From Dehalococcoidia bacterium (GTDB taxonomy: Bacteria; Chloroflexota; Dehalococcoidia; UBA2979): a stretch of DNA of 64,000 nucleotides. The DNA is taken from positions 2,042-66,041 of the forward strand of contig JAPYRK010000007.1 in assembly GCA_029941115.1 (NCBI GenBank), given 5' to 3'. Numbering within the stretch: position 1 is the first letter of the stretch; each line of letters starts with the position of its first letter. This document shows, piece after piece, positions 31,353 through 42,106 of this stretch. The notes under the pieces were generated by a model, which had not been told where the DNA came from, did no database searches, and worked only from the letters and a program-made list of their open reading frames with translations. The translations under genes were made by a program, and so were the position numbers.

Positions 31353-32327
31353 TCAATCCCCACGATAAGCATCATTTATTGCGTCACCTAATAAAACAAA
31401 GCAAAAAAGCAGCAGTGTCACAATAGTTCCAGGAACCAAGAGCAGATGTGGATATGCCCTGACTGTGCGTGCCCCACTACCCTCAAACAGTAGCGAACCA
31501 AACGACGGCATGGGGGGTTGAACACCCACCCCTACCCAGGTCAGAACCAGTTCACTACCTGCAATCCCGGCGAGCGCTGATGAAACACCGAGAATAATCA
31601 GAAACGCTACATTTGGAAAAATATGGCGGCTCAAAATTCTAACTGGCGTCGCGCCCAGTGCCTCAGCTGCCGTTATGTAATCCAATTCGCGAATACTCAA
31701 TACTTGAGCTCTTACAATTCGCATAGATCCGACCCAGAAAAACAGGGAAAGCGTGCCAAACACTAGAAAATAGGAGTATGCACCTGTGGATATTAAGCCG
31801 TCAATTCCGGACCAATCCTCGAATCTTCTAATTTGGCCTCTAAGGCGTTCATCGAGAGTCGCATTAATTAAAATCATCATCAGTAGTGCTGGTAGACTGG
31901 AAAAAATTTCCCCTATTCTTGAGATCAATACATCAGTCCATCTACCAAAAAAACCTGCCAGAAGCCCTAGAACAGGTCCCAACAAAAGGCCACCGGTAAG
32001 CATCGTGACCGCAGTAATTATTACCGTTGTACGTATTGAATAAATTGTACGGGTGAGTAGATCGCGTCCTAAACGGTCAGTCCCCAAAAGGTGTCCGTCC
32101 GAACCAGGAGAAAGTAAAGCCGATGTGAGATCTGTTTCACGGTAATCATAGGGTGACAAAACTGGCGCTAAAATTCCTATTACGAACAAGCTTACAACCA
32201 CAATTAAAGAAAGTACGCCTAGCCGCTTACGGCGAAATCTTGCCCAAACAGCAGCCGTCAGGCTCATCGATTTCTTATTTACATCAATCGGTGATCTGGA
32301 ATCAATTTCAGAGTCTCTCATATTCAT
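31353..32327 (-). CDS. ABC transporter permease, DppC/OppC-like
   Basis: BPD_transp_1 EAA-loop region and N-terminal OppC-type extension. Confidence 0.8.
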   Translation of the reverse strand: MNMRDSEIDSRSPIDVNKKSMSLTAAVWARFRRKRLGVLSLIVVVSLFVIGILAPVLSPYDYRETDLTSALLSPGSDGHLLGTDRLGRDLLTRTIYSIRTTVIITAVTMLTGGLLLGPVLGLLAGFFGRWTDVLISRIGEIFSSLPALLMMILINATLDERLRGQIRRFEDWSGIDGLISTGAYSYFLVFGTLSLFFWVGSMRIVRAQVLSIRELDYITAAEALGATPVRILSRHIFPNVAFLIILGVSSALAGIAGSELVLTWVGVGVQPPMPSFGSLLFEGSGARTVRAYPHLLLVPGTIVTLLLFCFVLLGDAINDAYRGD

Positions 32328-33304
32328 GAGGTCTCACCAACTTGGATTCTAGGATCTACTAGGCTATAAGCCAGATCAGCCACAAGGTTCATTATTATAA
32401 AAGTTGCAGAATATATAACCGTTAATGCCTGTATGGCGTTGTAGTCCCTACTACCAATTGCCTGAAAAAGAAAAGACCCTATACCTGGAATCCCAAGTAA
32501 GGTTTCCGCAATAATTGAACCTTCGATTATTCCAGCGAGTGAAAATGCTACGACGGTCACCAGCGGCAAAAGAGAATTTCTGAGCACGTGGCGCCGTTGA
32601 ACGGTGCCTTCGCTAAGTCCTTTTGCTCGGGCAGTTCTTACATAATCAGTCCGATTCACTTCGAGAACCGTAGCGCGTACCAAACGGGCTACGCCAACAA
32701 AACCACCTAATGTATATGCAGTAAGTGGGATATAAATGTGTGGATCTAAAATGGGGACAGCCACTATCCCAGCTATCCAATAAATCTCAATCCAACCACC
32801 CCAACCGCCCACCGGCAGCAAGGATAATTGAACAGCAAATAGCCACTGCAACACGGCGACCACTAAAATTCCTGGTAATGCTGCTGCAAATAATAAAGAA
32901 AGTGTGATTGTCGGGTCTAGCCAACTCCCACGAAAACGTGCTCCTAATCCCCCAGCAAAAATACCGATGGGGAAAATAACGAGAAGCGCAGCTATTCCCA
33001 GTTGTCCGGTAACCCACAGACGTGGTGAAATTACCTCCCAAGTGGTAAAACCTCGCCTTATGTAGCTTTCCCCAAAATCACCCCGACTCGCATCGCCTAA
33101 CCAGCGTACATATTGAACATATATCGGGTCATTTAACCCTTCTGCTTCTCTAATTTGTGCTAATACCTCGGGATCTCGAACCTGTCCAGCTATTACAGAA
33201 ATTGGGTCACCTGGTCCCCAGCGTGTTAGATAAAAAGTAGAAAAAGTAATAACCAACAAGAGAAGTGGAAGAATTGAGATTCGGCGAATCGTATACTGCA
33301 GCAT
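32324..33304 (-). CDS. ABC transporter permease, DppB/OppB-like
   Basis: Six TM helices, conserved permease signature. 4-nt overlap with the downstream permease. Confidence 0.8.
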   Translation of the reverse strand: MLQYTIRRISILPLLLLVITFSTFYLTRWGPGDPISVIAGQVRDPEVLAQIREAEGLNDPIYVQYVRWLGDASRGDFGESYIRRGFTTWEVISPRLWVTGQLGIAALLVIFPIGIFAGGLGARFRGSWLDPTITLSLLFAAALPGILVVAVLQWLFAVQLSLLPVGGWGGWIEIYWIAGIVAVPILDPHIYIPLTAYTLGGFVGVARLVRATVLEVNRTDYVRTARAKGLSEGTVQRRHVLRNSLLPLVTVVAFSLAGIIEGSIIAETLLGIPGIGSFLFQAIGSRDYNAIQALTVIYSATFIIMNLVADLAYSLVDPRIQVGETS

Positions 33305-33329
33305 TCGGGCACCCTACATGAAATGTACT

Positions 33330-34979
33330 TCAGTCTCTCAACTTAATATGCTGAAGCCTTGGTAAGGTCATCGGTGGTTCAAACCAATGCTCAATATCCT
33401 CACTGACCACCACATGGTTACTTCCAAACCAGAGAGGTATCCAAGGTGCAGCCTCAATTAGTAACAACTCAGCCTCTTGATACTGAGCAATTCTCTCTGA
33501 CACCGAAAAATTTGTTCGAGCTTTCTCTAGTAGCGCGTTAATTTCCGGAGAAGAAAACAGCGTATTATTCTCTCGGCTCTCTCCATGGAGTTTGATATCG
33601 AGTATATTTTCTGGGTCTGGGTAGTCCATAGACCATCCTATGCCCCACATTTGAGCGGAATTTGAATCTATTAAATCTAAAAAGCTGGCCCAGTCCGCCT
33701 GCCTAACTTCTATCTCAAGTCCCAATACTTGGCGCCACTGTTCAATGAAGGCTTGGGTATCCAGTCCCGCAGATGCACCACCCCCAGTCTCGGTATACAC
33801 GATTGGAGGCATGTTTGAACTGTTGTATTTGCTCTTCGAAAATTCCGCCCGTGCGGCCTCCGGATCATACGGTAGAGTTTTGTCCGACTCCGTGTAGCCG
33901 AAGACTCCGGGGGGGAGAATTCCCGTCGCAGGCATTGTCATTCCATTAAAAGTGATCTCAGCGATCGTTTTTCTATCTATTGCCATTGCCATCGCCCGAC
34001 GGACATGCACATCATCAAATGGTGCTTGCGTTACATTGAATGCGATATAGGACACTGACATTGAGGCTGTGGCCTGGTAATACTTATACAAACTTGAAGA
34101 AGGGTCACGTGCTCGATCTATATCGTTAATACTGATATAGGCTACGTCAAGCTCGTCATTCTCAAATCTTGTGAGGGCACTACCTCCAGCTAACGTATAA
34201 ATCGCTCTGTGAACGGATGGCAAACCAAGATAATGGTGCTCGCTGGCTTCAAGAACAATTGATTCACCGAGATTCCACTCAGCAAGTTTATAGGGGCCTG
34301 TTGCATTTGGAGATCTAACCCAATTCCGATTAGATTCAATCTGAGACCGATCCACAACAAAAGCCGACGGGTAAGTCAATTTCGCCAAGAAATAAGGTTT
34401 GGGACTGTCAATGGTGATCTGGATCGTGCGATCATCGAGCGCTACAACCCCCGCCAGTTCTGGTTTCAATCCATAGTAATACTCTCGAACACCAACAATG
34501 TCTTTCAGGTATTCCAGTGTTACGGTCGATCGCAATTCGGGTGACGCCGCACGATGAATTGACCAAACGACATCTTCTGCCGTTACTGCTCGACCATCAT
34601 GAAATTTAGCGTCTTCTCTCAGAGAAAAAACATAAACCAGTCCGTCCGAGCTGATTTCAATACTCTCCGCCAAGTCAGGCACGATCTCGAGTTCGGCATT
34701 CATCGTTACAAGGCCACTATAGATCTCCACTATATAAGCACCGGACACGGCGTCAGTCGTGAGGTGCGGGTCAAGCGTCACTGGTTCGCCACCTGGTAAG
34801 CGCAGCTCACGGCCTGATAGGTCAACTTTGTCGGTGGAACTTACACTTTGGTCGACAGCAGTAGTCGTGGTTTCCTGTTCATTTCCTTGTAATAGAAGAA
34901 TCGCGCTTAGGCCACCTATAGCTAGCACAAGTAGTCCCACAACACCTAACAAAATTCCAGATAGCTGACGTGAAGACAT
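33330..34979 (-). CDS. ABC transporter substrate-binding protein, family 5 (peptide/nickel)
   Basis: 549 aa, N-terminal signal/TM helix, SBP_bac_5 architecture. Confidence 0.8.
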   Translation of the reverse strand: MSSRQLSGILLGVVGLLVLAIGGLSAILLLQGNEQETTTTAVDQSVSSTDKVDLSGRELRLPGGEPVTLDPHLTTDAVSGAYIVEIYSGLVTMNAELEIVPDLAESIEISSDGLVYVFSLREDAKFHDGRAVTAEDVVWSIHRAASPELRSTVTLEYLKDIVGVREYYYGLKPELAGVVALDDRTIQITIDSPKPYFLAKLTYPSAFVVDRSQIESNRNWVRSPNATGPYKLAEWNLGESIVLEASEHHYLGLPSVHRAIYTLAGGSALTRFENDELDVAYISINDIDRARDPSSSLYKYYQATASMSVSYIAFNVTQAPFDDVHVRRAMAMAIDRKTIAEITFNGMTMPATGILPPGVFGYTESDKTLPYDPEAARAEFSKSKYNSSNMPPIVYTETGGGASAGLDTQAFIEQWRQVLGLEIEVRQADWASFLDLIDSNSAQMWGIGWSMDYPDPENILDIKLHGESRENNTLFSSPEINALLEKARTNFSVSERIAQYQEAELLLIEAAPWIPLWFGSNHVVVSEDIEHWFEPPMTLPRLQHIKLRD

Positions 34980-35069
34980 AGGGCCCTTCCTGTGTGACGC
35001 AAAACAGAGCTAATACGTTCGCTTCAATACTATTTTAGCTCGAAAAAAAGCACAAACGATAGTCATACA

Positions 35070-36875
35070 TTATTCAGACTGATTTATAGCTATATGCACT
35101 TCATCCAATTGTTCTCGAGGCACATTTGAAGGTGCCCCCATTAACAAGTCCGAGGCAGACTTTGTCTTTGGAAACGCAATTACTTCTCGTATATCCTTCT
35201 CGCCAGCAAATAGAGCCACTGTTCGATCTATTCCAGGAGCAAATCCGCCATGAGGTGGGGTACCAAATTCAAACGCATCCAACATATGGCCAAATTTTGT
35301 TCTCGCCTCCTCCAGTGTCAATCCCAAAGTCAAAAGTACTTGCTCCTGTAGATCTCTCGAATGAATTCGAATAGAACCTGAGCTCAGTTCCCAGCCATTC
35401 GCCACCAAATCATAAGCACGAGATCGGACCGCACCTGGGTCGGATTGCAAAAGTGGAATATCGTCTTCAAACGGGGCTGTGAATAAATGGTGCATCGCGC
35501 TCCATCTCTGATCAGTGTCGTTCCACTCGAACATAGGGAATTCTGTAACGAATACAAAGTACAACTCGTCATCCGACGCCAAGTCTCGCTCAGAGGCAAC
35601 ATGGCGTCGCAAAACATCCAGCACTCGAGACGTAAGCTTATCTTCGCCTATTGCGAGCAGCAGTAAGTCTCCTCTACTTGCACCTGCATCACTAGCCAAC
35701 GCAATTAATTCCTCGATGGAGAAAAATCTCGCTACGGGGGAGCGAATCTCGCCGAAAGTTATATCTTCAATCGAACCTTGACCATCAAAATTCATCCAGA
35801 CAAGTCCCCCAGCACCAGCTTCCCGTGCCATCTCCGTCATTCGATCTAGAGCTTTTCGCGAAGTGTCAGATCCACCTGGCACAACAAATCCTCGCAATCT
35901 TTGTCCACTGTTGGCGGCTTCACTAAAAACCTTGAAGTCGCTGCCAATTGCATGTTTAGTTAAATCTTGCAGATATAATTCATAGCGTAAATCAGGTTTA
36001 TCTGTTCCATAAAGCTCCATGGCTTCAGCGTATGTGATACGTGGAAATTCACGATTCATAGTCCGCCTGTCGGCCACCAAATCACCCAGTTGACAAAAGA
36101 GGGACTCGGTCAGCGTCATGACGTCTTCCTCCGTTACAAAAGACATCTCAAAATCCAACTGAGTAAATTCTGGTTGTCTGTCTGCACGAAGATCTTCATC
36201 GCGATAACACCGTGCGATTTGATAATATCGCTCTAATCCTGCCACCATGAGTAACTGCTTCCATTGCTGAGGGCTTTGAGGAAGAGCGTAAAAACGTCCG
36301 GCGTGAACTCGGCTCGGAACCAAATAATCACGTGCGCCTTCCGGCGTTGCCAGCCCCAGCACGGGCGTCTCTACCTCGATGAAGTCATGGTCATCCATAA
36401 AAGAACGAATAGATTTAACTATCTGGTGACGTAGTTTAAGATTATTTTGCATTCGCTCCCGACGAAGGTCAAGATATCGGTACCGCAATCTTGTGGCCTC
36501 GTCGATATTGCTCTCCTGATTTAACGGAAATGGTGGAGTGAGAGATTCATTAAGAACGATAATTTTAGTCGCTTTAATTTCGATTTTACCCGTCGATATA
36601 TCTTCATTGATCGCACCCGCCTTGCGCTCAACTACCGTTCCACCAATCTGTAGAACATATTCAACTCTCAAGTCACTCGCAACTTGATGTAGTACCGAAT
36701 CATCATCAGGATTAAACACTATTTGCACTAGGCCTGAGGAATCTCGTAAATCAATGAAAATAAGATTTCCGTGATCGCGACGCCGGTGTACCCACCCAGT
36801 AATTAACACATCCACATCCACGTGAGCTTCGTTGAGTTCACCACATTTATGTGTTTGGTACGATGTTATTTCCAT
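35070..36875 (-). CDS. aspS: aspartyl-tRNA synthetase
   Basis: N-terminal OB fold (THKCGEL..., GWVHRRRDHGNLIFIDLRD), class II core, GAD insertion. 601 aa. Confidence 0.9.
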   Translation of the reverse strand: MEITSYQTHKCGELNEAHVDVDVLITGWVHRRRDHGNLIFIDLRDSSGLVQIVFNPDDDSVLHQVASDLRVEYVLQIGGTVVERKAGAINEDISTGKIEIKATKIIVLNESLTPPFPLNQESNIDEATRLRYRYLDLRRERMQNNLKLRHQIVKSIRSFMDDHDFIEVETPVLGLATPEGARDYLVPSRVHAGRFYALPQSPQQWKQLLMVAGLERYYQIARCYRDEDLRADRQPEFTQLDFEMSFVTEEDVMTLTESLFCQLGDLVADRRTMNREFPRITYAEAMELYGTDKPDLRYELYLQDLTKHAIGSDFKVFSEAANSGQRLRGFVVPGGSDTSRKALDRMTEMAREAGAGGLVWMNFDGQGSIEDITFGEIRSPVARFFSIEELIALASDAGASRGDLLLLAIGEDKLTSRVLDVLRRHVASERDLASDDELYFVFVTEFPMFEWNDTDQRWSAMHHLFTAPFEDDIPLLQSDPGAVRSRAYDLVANGWELSSGSIRIHSRDLQEQVLLTLGLTLEEARTKFGHMLDAFEFGTPPHGGFAPGIDRTVALFAGEKDIREVIAFPKTKSASDLLMGAPSNVPREQLDEVHIAINQSE

Positions 36876-36936
36876 TGCTGGCCCTATCTTTCAGAAATTT
36901 TACGTCGGATATCAATAATCTCATAGCGTCTTAGGA

Positions 36937-38529
36937 TCATGGAATCGCTCTTCCTGCCAGATCACCGGTCAGCATCCCATGATTAACTGCTGGCGTACCG
37001 TTGACTAACACATACTCAATTCCCGTTGGCCCGATAAACGGGTCTTCGAAGCTGGCCAAGTCATGAACTTTATCATCATCTAAAACGACAATATCTGCGA
37101 ACGCGCCTTCCTGCAAGACGCCTCGATCCGTCAAACCAAAACGCTGCGCGGGAAGCGCAGTCAATCTGTGCGTTAACTCTTCAATTGGAACCTTGTGCCG
37201 TCGCCTAAGTGGCCCAATTACTCGAGCGAACGCACCATAGGCTCTAGGATGGGGCAATCCCTCCCCTTCCAAAAGAGGTATGCCGTCGCTGCCTAACATG
37301 TAGTCGTCACGAGCTAAAAGCTCAATAACGTCAGATTCAACTTGTCGTGTTACCGAAACAGACGACGGCGGTATGGCTCGAAAACCACAGGCTAGTTGCT
37401 CTTCGAGCATAATTTCTATGATCATTTCTTCAATCGACAAATTACGGTCACTAGCCACGTCGCTGAATGAAAAGCCAGTTAATTTACTATTCTTATCTGA
37501 AACCATTCGTGTGAACGCGGCATTACTCAACGCACCTGGGAAGAGTGTGTTCAATGAATCAACTAAATTTTCTCGATTTTCACTTTTTCGAAGTTTTTGC
37601 AAAAGAGCGTCAATACCACCCTCATGAAACTCTCCTCGCAAAAAATATCCTGGAATCGTTGCGTTAGCGGCATATGGATAGCATTCAAGTGTTACATCTG
37701 CCCCAGTTAACTTTGCTTCATCAATGGGTGTCATCAATTCTTTCACTTGTCCAGCAGAAGTTGGCCGAGTCATGAAATGGGAAATGTGTACTTTGACGTC
37801 AGCAATGCGCGCGATGGCCAAAGCCTCATCTATACCTGACCCATATTTTGCTCTTTCATTATTGTGATTTCGCACATGTGTTACATAGACTTTGTTTAAA
37901 GCCTGTACAGGTTCACAAAGCCCAAGTAATTCATCGGTGTCGCTATACGATTGAGGGTAATATGAAAGTCCCGTCGACAAACCTACCGCGCCTTCATCCA
38001 AACCTCTACGAACTATATTTTGAGCTTTCAATAAATTATCGCCCCGCAGCGGCGCGTCTGTGAAGCCGAGAACGCTTAGTCGAACTGGTCCATGCGGGAC
38101 AAGTACAGCAACGTTCGGACCCGTCTTACGGTCATAGTGGCCGCGTAGTGCTGAGATACTCGACATATCTAGATCTAAAGGAGGATCCCCAAGTATACCC
38201 GCGAGATATCTTGCATGACTCCTGTAGTTTGCTGAATCTAGCGGCGCCCAGCCCATTCCATCTTGAGTAAGAATCTCCGAAGTTACGCCCTGTCGGATGC
38301 TATGAATTCCTTGAGGCTCTTTTAATAACACCCCGTCGGCATGGGAATGGGTATCAATAAATCCTGGCAATACACTTAATCCCGTAGCGTCAATTTTTTG
38401 ATGAGCGCTTGCGTCGCTCAGATCACCGATACGCGTTATGCGGTCACCAATGACTCCAATATCACCCAGAAATTGCTCTTGTCCTGAGCCATCTACTATA
38501 GTGCCGCCAGAAATCTTAATATCGAACAT
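36937..38529 (-). CDS. N-acyl-D-amino-acid deacylase (D-aminoacylase) family amidohydrolase
   Basis: ISGGTIVDGSG...GFIDTHSHAD metal-binding start typical of D-aminoacylases. 530 aa. Confidence 0.75.
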   Translation of the reverse strand: MFDIKISGGTIVDGSGQEQFLGDIGVIGDRITRIGDLSDASAHQKIDATGLSVLPGFIDTHSHADGVLLKEPQGIHSIRQGVTSEILTQDGMGWAPLDSANYRSHARYLAGILGDPPLDLDMSSISALRGHYDRKTGPNVAVLVPHGPVRLSVLGFTDAPLRGDNLLKAQNIVRRGLDEGAVGLSTGLSYYPQSYSDTDELLGLCEPVQALNKVYVTHVRNHNNERAKYGSGIDEALAIARIADVKVHISHFMTRPTSAGQVKELMTPIDEAKLTGADVTLECYPYAANATIPGYFLRGEFHEGGIDALLQKLRKSENRENLVDSLNTLFPGALSNAAFTRMVSDKNSKLTGFSFSDVASDRNLSIEEMIIEIMLEEQLACGFRAIPPSSVSVTRQVESDVIELLARDDYMLGSDGIPLLEGEGLPHPRAYGAFARVIGPLRRRHKVPIEELTHRLTALPAQRFGLTDRGVLQEGAFADIVVLDDDKVHDLASFEDPFIGPTGIEYVLVNGTPAVNHGMLTGDLAGRAIP

Positions 38530-38576
38530 GTGACCATCCTAATATCTTTACTGATTTGATAGTAACTGCCTGATAC

Positions 38577-39773
38577 TCATGAAAGTCTGAATCCAACCTC
38601 GCTGTCACGAGTTGCGCTAATCACTTTTTCGCCACCTAGCCATTCGAGCACTGAATTTCCAACTAGTTCACGTCGCCAGCTCCGTAAGATTCTCAATTCA
38701 GGTTCTTCCGAGACAGCAGTTGAGGAAAGAAACCAATGAACAAGTTCATCGATTTCGGATCTGGTCGCAATAAATCGTGAAGCGATCCCAGCAGCCTTGG
38801 CCTCTTTCTGAATAATCGCATTAAGCACTGAAGATAACGATGTGGAGTTAATCTTCCTTGTTCCCTTCTTGTCGGTAGGTTTGATTGGGTCTGCTCTCCC
38901 TAAGGCGATTTCTTCGATCAACGTATCTCCGAAATTTCGAATCTGACTCGACGCCAGACCACGTATTACCTTCATCTCCTCAATCGTCTCAGGCATTGCC
39001 CGCGAGATTTCGATGAGAGTTCTGTCACTCAGTATACGAACCCTCGGCACATTGCTCGCTCGCGCCTTGCCTTCCCGCCAAGCAGCCAAATTCCTGAGAA
39101 CGCCCATCTCATCCGGACGAAGTGATTTTGCTTTATCCACCTTTAAATAAGCCAAATCAACAGGTGGGCGAGTCGACCACAATTCGGCAAATGAGTCACA
39201 TTCAAGCAATACGTATTCGAGCCGCCCGGTCTGACGGAGTTTGGACTCTAGATGATTCCAACACTCGAGCAAGTACTCGACGTCATTGGCCGCATATAAA
39301 AGCTGTTTCTCGCTAAGCGGCCTCCGCGTCCAATCGGAAAACTGTGAAGCTTTATTCAGTAAAACTCCAGTAATCTGTTCAACCAGATTGCCGTACCCTA
39401 CTTGATCTTGAAAGCCGGCGAAGGCAGCAGCAATCTGGGTATCAATAAAGTTCTTAGCGCGGACACCGAACTGGTCTCCCAGTATCTGCAGATCGCCCTG
39501 CGAGGCGTGGATCACCGTACAGACATCCGTGCTTGCGACAAGTGAGACCAATTCAGTTACATCCACCTTAAGCGGATCAACTAATGCAATTCTTGGCTCG
39601 GTCATCTGCCCCCACGCAATCTGAACCAATGCGAGCTTTGGAGAGTAAAATCCCTCGGTAACGAATTCCAAATCTAAGGCAAATATGCCACTTTCCTGAA
39701 CCTCTTGAATAATTCGAACCAGATCAACTTGATCGACAATTGATGGAAGAACTTGTGGCGGTAGTTTTGGCAC
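38577..39773 (-). CDS. rnd: ribonuclease D (DEDDy 3'-5' exonuclease + HRDC)
   Basis: ALDLEF (DEDD motif I), YAANDVEYL (motif III), C-terminal HRDC-like region. Confidence 0.8.
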   Translation of the reverse strand: MPKLPPQVLPSIVDQVDLVRIIQEVQESGIFALDLEFVTEGFYSPKLALVQIAWGQMTEPRIALVDPLKVDVTELVSLVASTDVCTVIHASQGDLQILGDQFGVRAKNFIDTQIAAAFAGFQDQVGYGNLVEQITGVLLNKASQFSDWTRRPLSEKQLLYAANDVEYLLECWNHLESKLRQTGRLEYVLLECDSFAELWSTRPPVDLAYLKVDKAKSLRPDEMGVLRNLAAWREGKARASNVPRVRILSDRTLIEISRAMPETIEEMKVIRGLASSQIRNFGDTLIEEIALGRADPIKPTDKKGTRKINSTSLSSVLNAIIQKEAKAAGIASRFIATRSEIDELVHWFLSSTAVSEEPELRILRSWRRELVGNSVLEWLGGEKVISATRDSEVGFRLS

Positions 39774-39942
39774 AAACAGAGGTTACTACAAGTTTCTTTC
39801 GGCGGCGTTAATCTCCAAGAAGGTCACACCGACAACCATCTCGTAGAAAAGACATCTCTCCCCTATTTTCCTAAAAGAATCGTTACACTACTTGTGAGAC
39901 TACAAAAAAATTGAGTAACTCGTATTTACAGGGGGTATCCAG

Positions 39943-41022
39943 ATGAAAGCTGCTATATACCATGGCGCACATGAACAGTTGACCATAGAGGATGTTGAGC
40001 TCGATGAGCCACAAGGGTACGAATTAGTCGTACGAACGGCCGCTTCGGGTGTATGCCATTCAGACTTGCATTTTGTAGATGGTTTTTACTTTATGCCGGG
40101 TCCTGCGATCCTCGGTCATGAGGCTGCGGGAGTCGTGGAAGCTGTCGGACCACTCGTCACTGAGGTGGTTCCTGGCGACCATGTCATTGCCTGTCTGTCT
40201 ATCTATTGCGGAAAATGCAATCGCTGTCTTGTTGGAGAAACACACCTTTGTGCGAATAAACCAGTTCGCGACCCTGACGTCAATCCTGGCGTCTTATGGG
40301 ACGGCAAGGGCGTACGTCAATTCGCCGGACTAGGATCTTATGCTGAGAAAATGTTATTGCATGAGAATGCAGTCGTAAAAATCGATAAGGATATGCCATT
40401 CCAACAAGCAGCATTAATCGGTTGTGGTGTTACTACTGGTGTCGGTGCGGCACTTAAAACAGCAAAAGTACAAGCCGGTTCAACCGTAGTGGTATTTGGA
40501 GCCGGTGGAGTTGGATTATCAGCGATTCAAGGAGCACGAATTGCGGGAGCTCGTACAATCATTGCCGTTGACCGAATTGAACATAAGTTGGCTACCGCTC
40601 GTGAGTTAGGCGCAACCCACAGTGTGGATGCCTCCACCGAAGATGCGGTCCAAAAAGTGCTGGAGTTAACTGGTGGTGGTGCTGACTACGCGTTCGAGTG
40701 CGTCGGGCTAAAGGTTCTTGCGGAGCAATGTTGGGCGGCTATCCGACCCGGTGGCACGGCGACCATCGTGGGAATGATCCCACAAGGTGAAATGGTTGAA
40801 ATTCCAGGGCCTGAATTCCTACGAGAAAAGAAAATTCAGGGCTCAAGTATGGGTTCAAACCACTTCAAAGTCGACATGCCAATATATATCGACTTCTACA
40901 GAAGAGGTCTCCTACAGCTAGATGAAATGATTACCGAGACTGCACCTCTTTCAGAGGTGAATGATCGCCTTCGAGCAATGCGTGACGGTGAAGTCGCAAG
41001 GAGTGTTCTACTGTTTGACTAA
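39943..41022 (+). CDS. zinc-dependent alcohol dehydrogenase (MDR family)
   Basis: GVCHSDLH catalytic-zinc motif, structural-zinc Cys cluster CGKCNRC...C, GAGGVG Rossmann. Confidence 0.8.
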   Translation: MKAAIYHGAHEQLTIEDVELDEPQGYELVVRTAASGVCHSDLHFVDGFYFMPGPAILGHEAAGVVEAVGPLVTEVVPGDHVIACLSIYCGKCNRCLVGETHLCANKPVRDPDVNPGVLWDGKGVRQFAGLGSYAEKMLLHENAVVKIDKDMPFQQAALIGCGVTTGVGAALKTAKVQAGSTVVVFGAGGVGLSAIQGARIAGARTIIAVDRIEHKLATARELGATHSVDASTEDAVQKVLELTGGGADYAFECVGLKVLAEQCWAAIRPGGTATIVGMIPQGEMVEIPGPEFLREKKIQGSSMGSNHFKVDMPIYIDFYRRGLLQLDEMITETAPLSEVNDRLRAMRDGEVARSVLLFD

Positions 41023-41060
41023 GTATCAGCGTTTTTATGAGCGTAGTAAGCAGTGAAAAA

Positions 41061-41086
41061 GCCCCTGATTTAACAGGGGTTTTTTC
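41061..41086 (+). terminator. rho-independent terminator after adh
   Basis: GCCCCTG-ATTTAA-CAGGGG(T) stem-loop followed by TTTTTTC. Confidence 0.6.
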
Positions 41087-41179
41087 TATAAATTCACTAA
41101 ATAGTTCCGTTCAAGCTATACTCCCGAGGACTTATATAATTATTATTCGTTAAGAAACAATTAGAGCAAAAGGAGAATC

Positions 41180-42067
41180 ATGGCATACCCAGAATACGAA
41201 AATTTACTGATCGATCGCGTGGGAAAAGACGATCAAATTGCTCGAATTACATTGAATCGACCTGAAAAAATGAACTCTCTTTCTCAAGAGCTACTATTTG
41301 AGTTTCGAGATGCCTTAGAAAATTTGGAGCCTGATGATACGGCTCGAGTAATCATAGTTCGTGGAGCAGGTAGGACCTTTTCCGCTGGTTATGACCTCAC
41401 CCCGACAAAGGGCACTGGTGCGGATGCTGTTGCGAGAGAATTCAAAACCGTAGATGACCAAGGGCGGCGACTCTGGCAAGGTATTCGTGCTGGCATGCAA
41501 AGAATTACCAATATCCATATGTATTTTTGGAACCTACAAAAAATAACTATCGCGCAGGTACATGGCTACGCTATCGCAGGTGGATGTGAATTATCCATGA
41601 TGGCGGACTTAGTTGTCTGTGCCGACGACGCACGATTCGGTCATCCTGGATTACGCTTTGCTGGGACACGAACCTCGATGATTCTTCCGTTGCTGATTCC
41701 AATGAGAAAGGCAAAAGAACTCTTTTACACGGGCGACAATATTTCAGGCACTGAAGCGGCTGAGCTCGGTATGGCAAACAAGGCGGTTCCCCTCGATCAG
41801 CTCGAAGAGCAAACCCTTGCCTTGGCCGAACGTGTCGCAAACTTACCTGCCGATCACCTAGCACAGCTAAAAATACATATGAATCGATTTCACGAGAATA
41901 TGGGGATATATTCGAGCGTCCATTCAAGCACGGACCTCGATGCTGCCGGTACCTTCACCACTCAATCTTACGGATGGAGCGACAAGTTCAAAGAAGGTGG
42001 ACTGAAAGAAGCTCTAGCTTGGAGAGATGGCCCATACCAGGACTACTCTGCAACTCCAAGAAACTAA
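41180..42067 (+). CDS. enoyl-CoA hydratase/isomerase family protein
   Basis: Crotonase fold (VIIVRGAGRTFSAGYDL ... GYAIAGGCELSMMADL). Confidence 0.75.
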   Translation: MAYPEYENLLIDRVGKDDQIARITLNRPEKMNSLSQELLFEFRDALENLEPDDTARVIIVRGAGRTFSAGYDLTPTKGTGADAVAREFKTVDDQGRRLWQGIRAGMQRITNIHMYFWNLQKITIAQVHGYAIAGGCELSMMADLVVCADDARFGHPGLRFAGTRTSMILPLLIPMRKAKELFYTGDNISGTEAAELGMANKAVPLDQLEEQTLALAERVANLPADHLAQLKIHMNRFHENMGIYSSVHSSTDLDAAGTFTTQSYGWSDKFKEGGLKEALAWRDGPYQDYSATPRN

Positions 42068-42106
42068 ATTACGATAAGCTGCATTCCTTGAGAACAGGAG
42101 ACCTCG

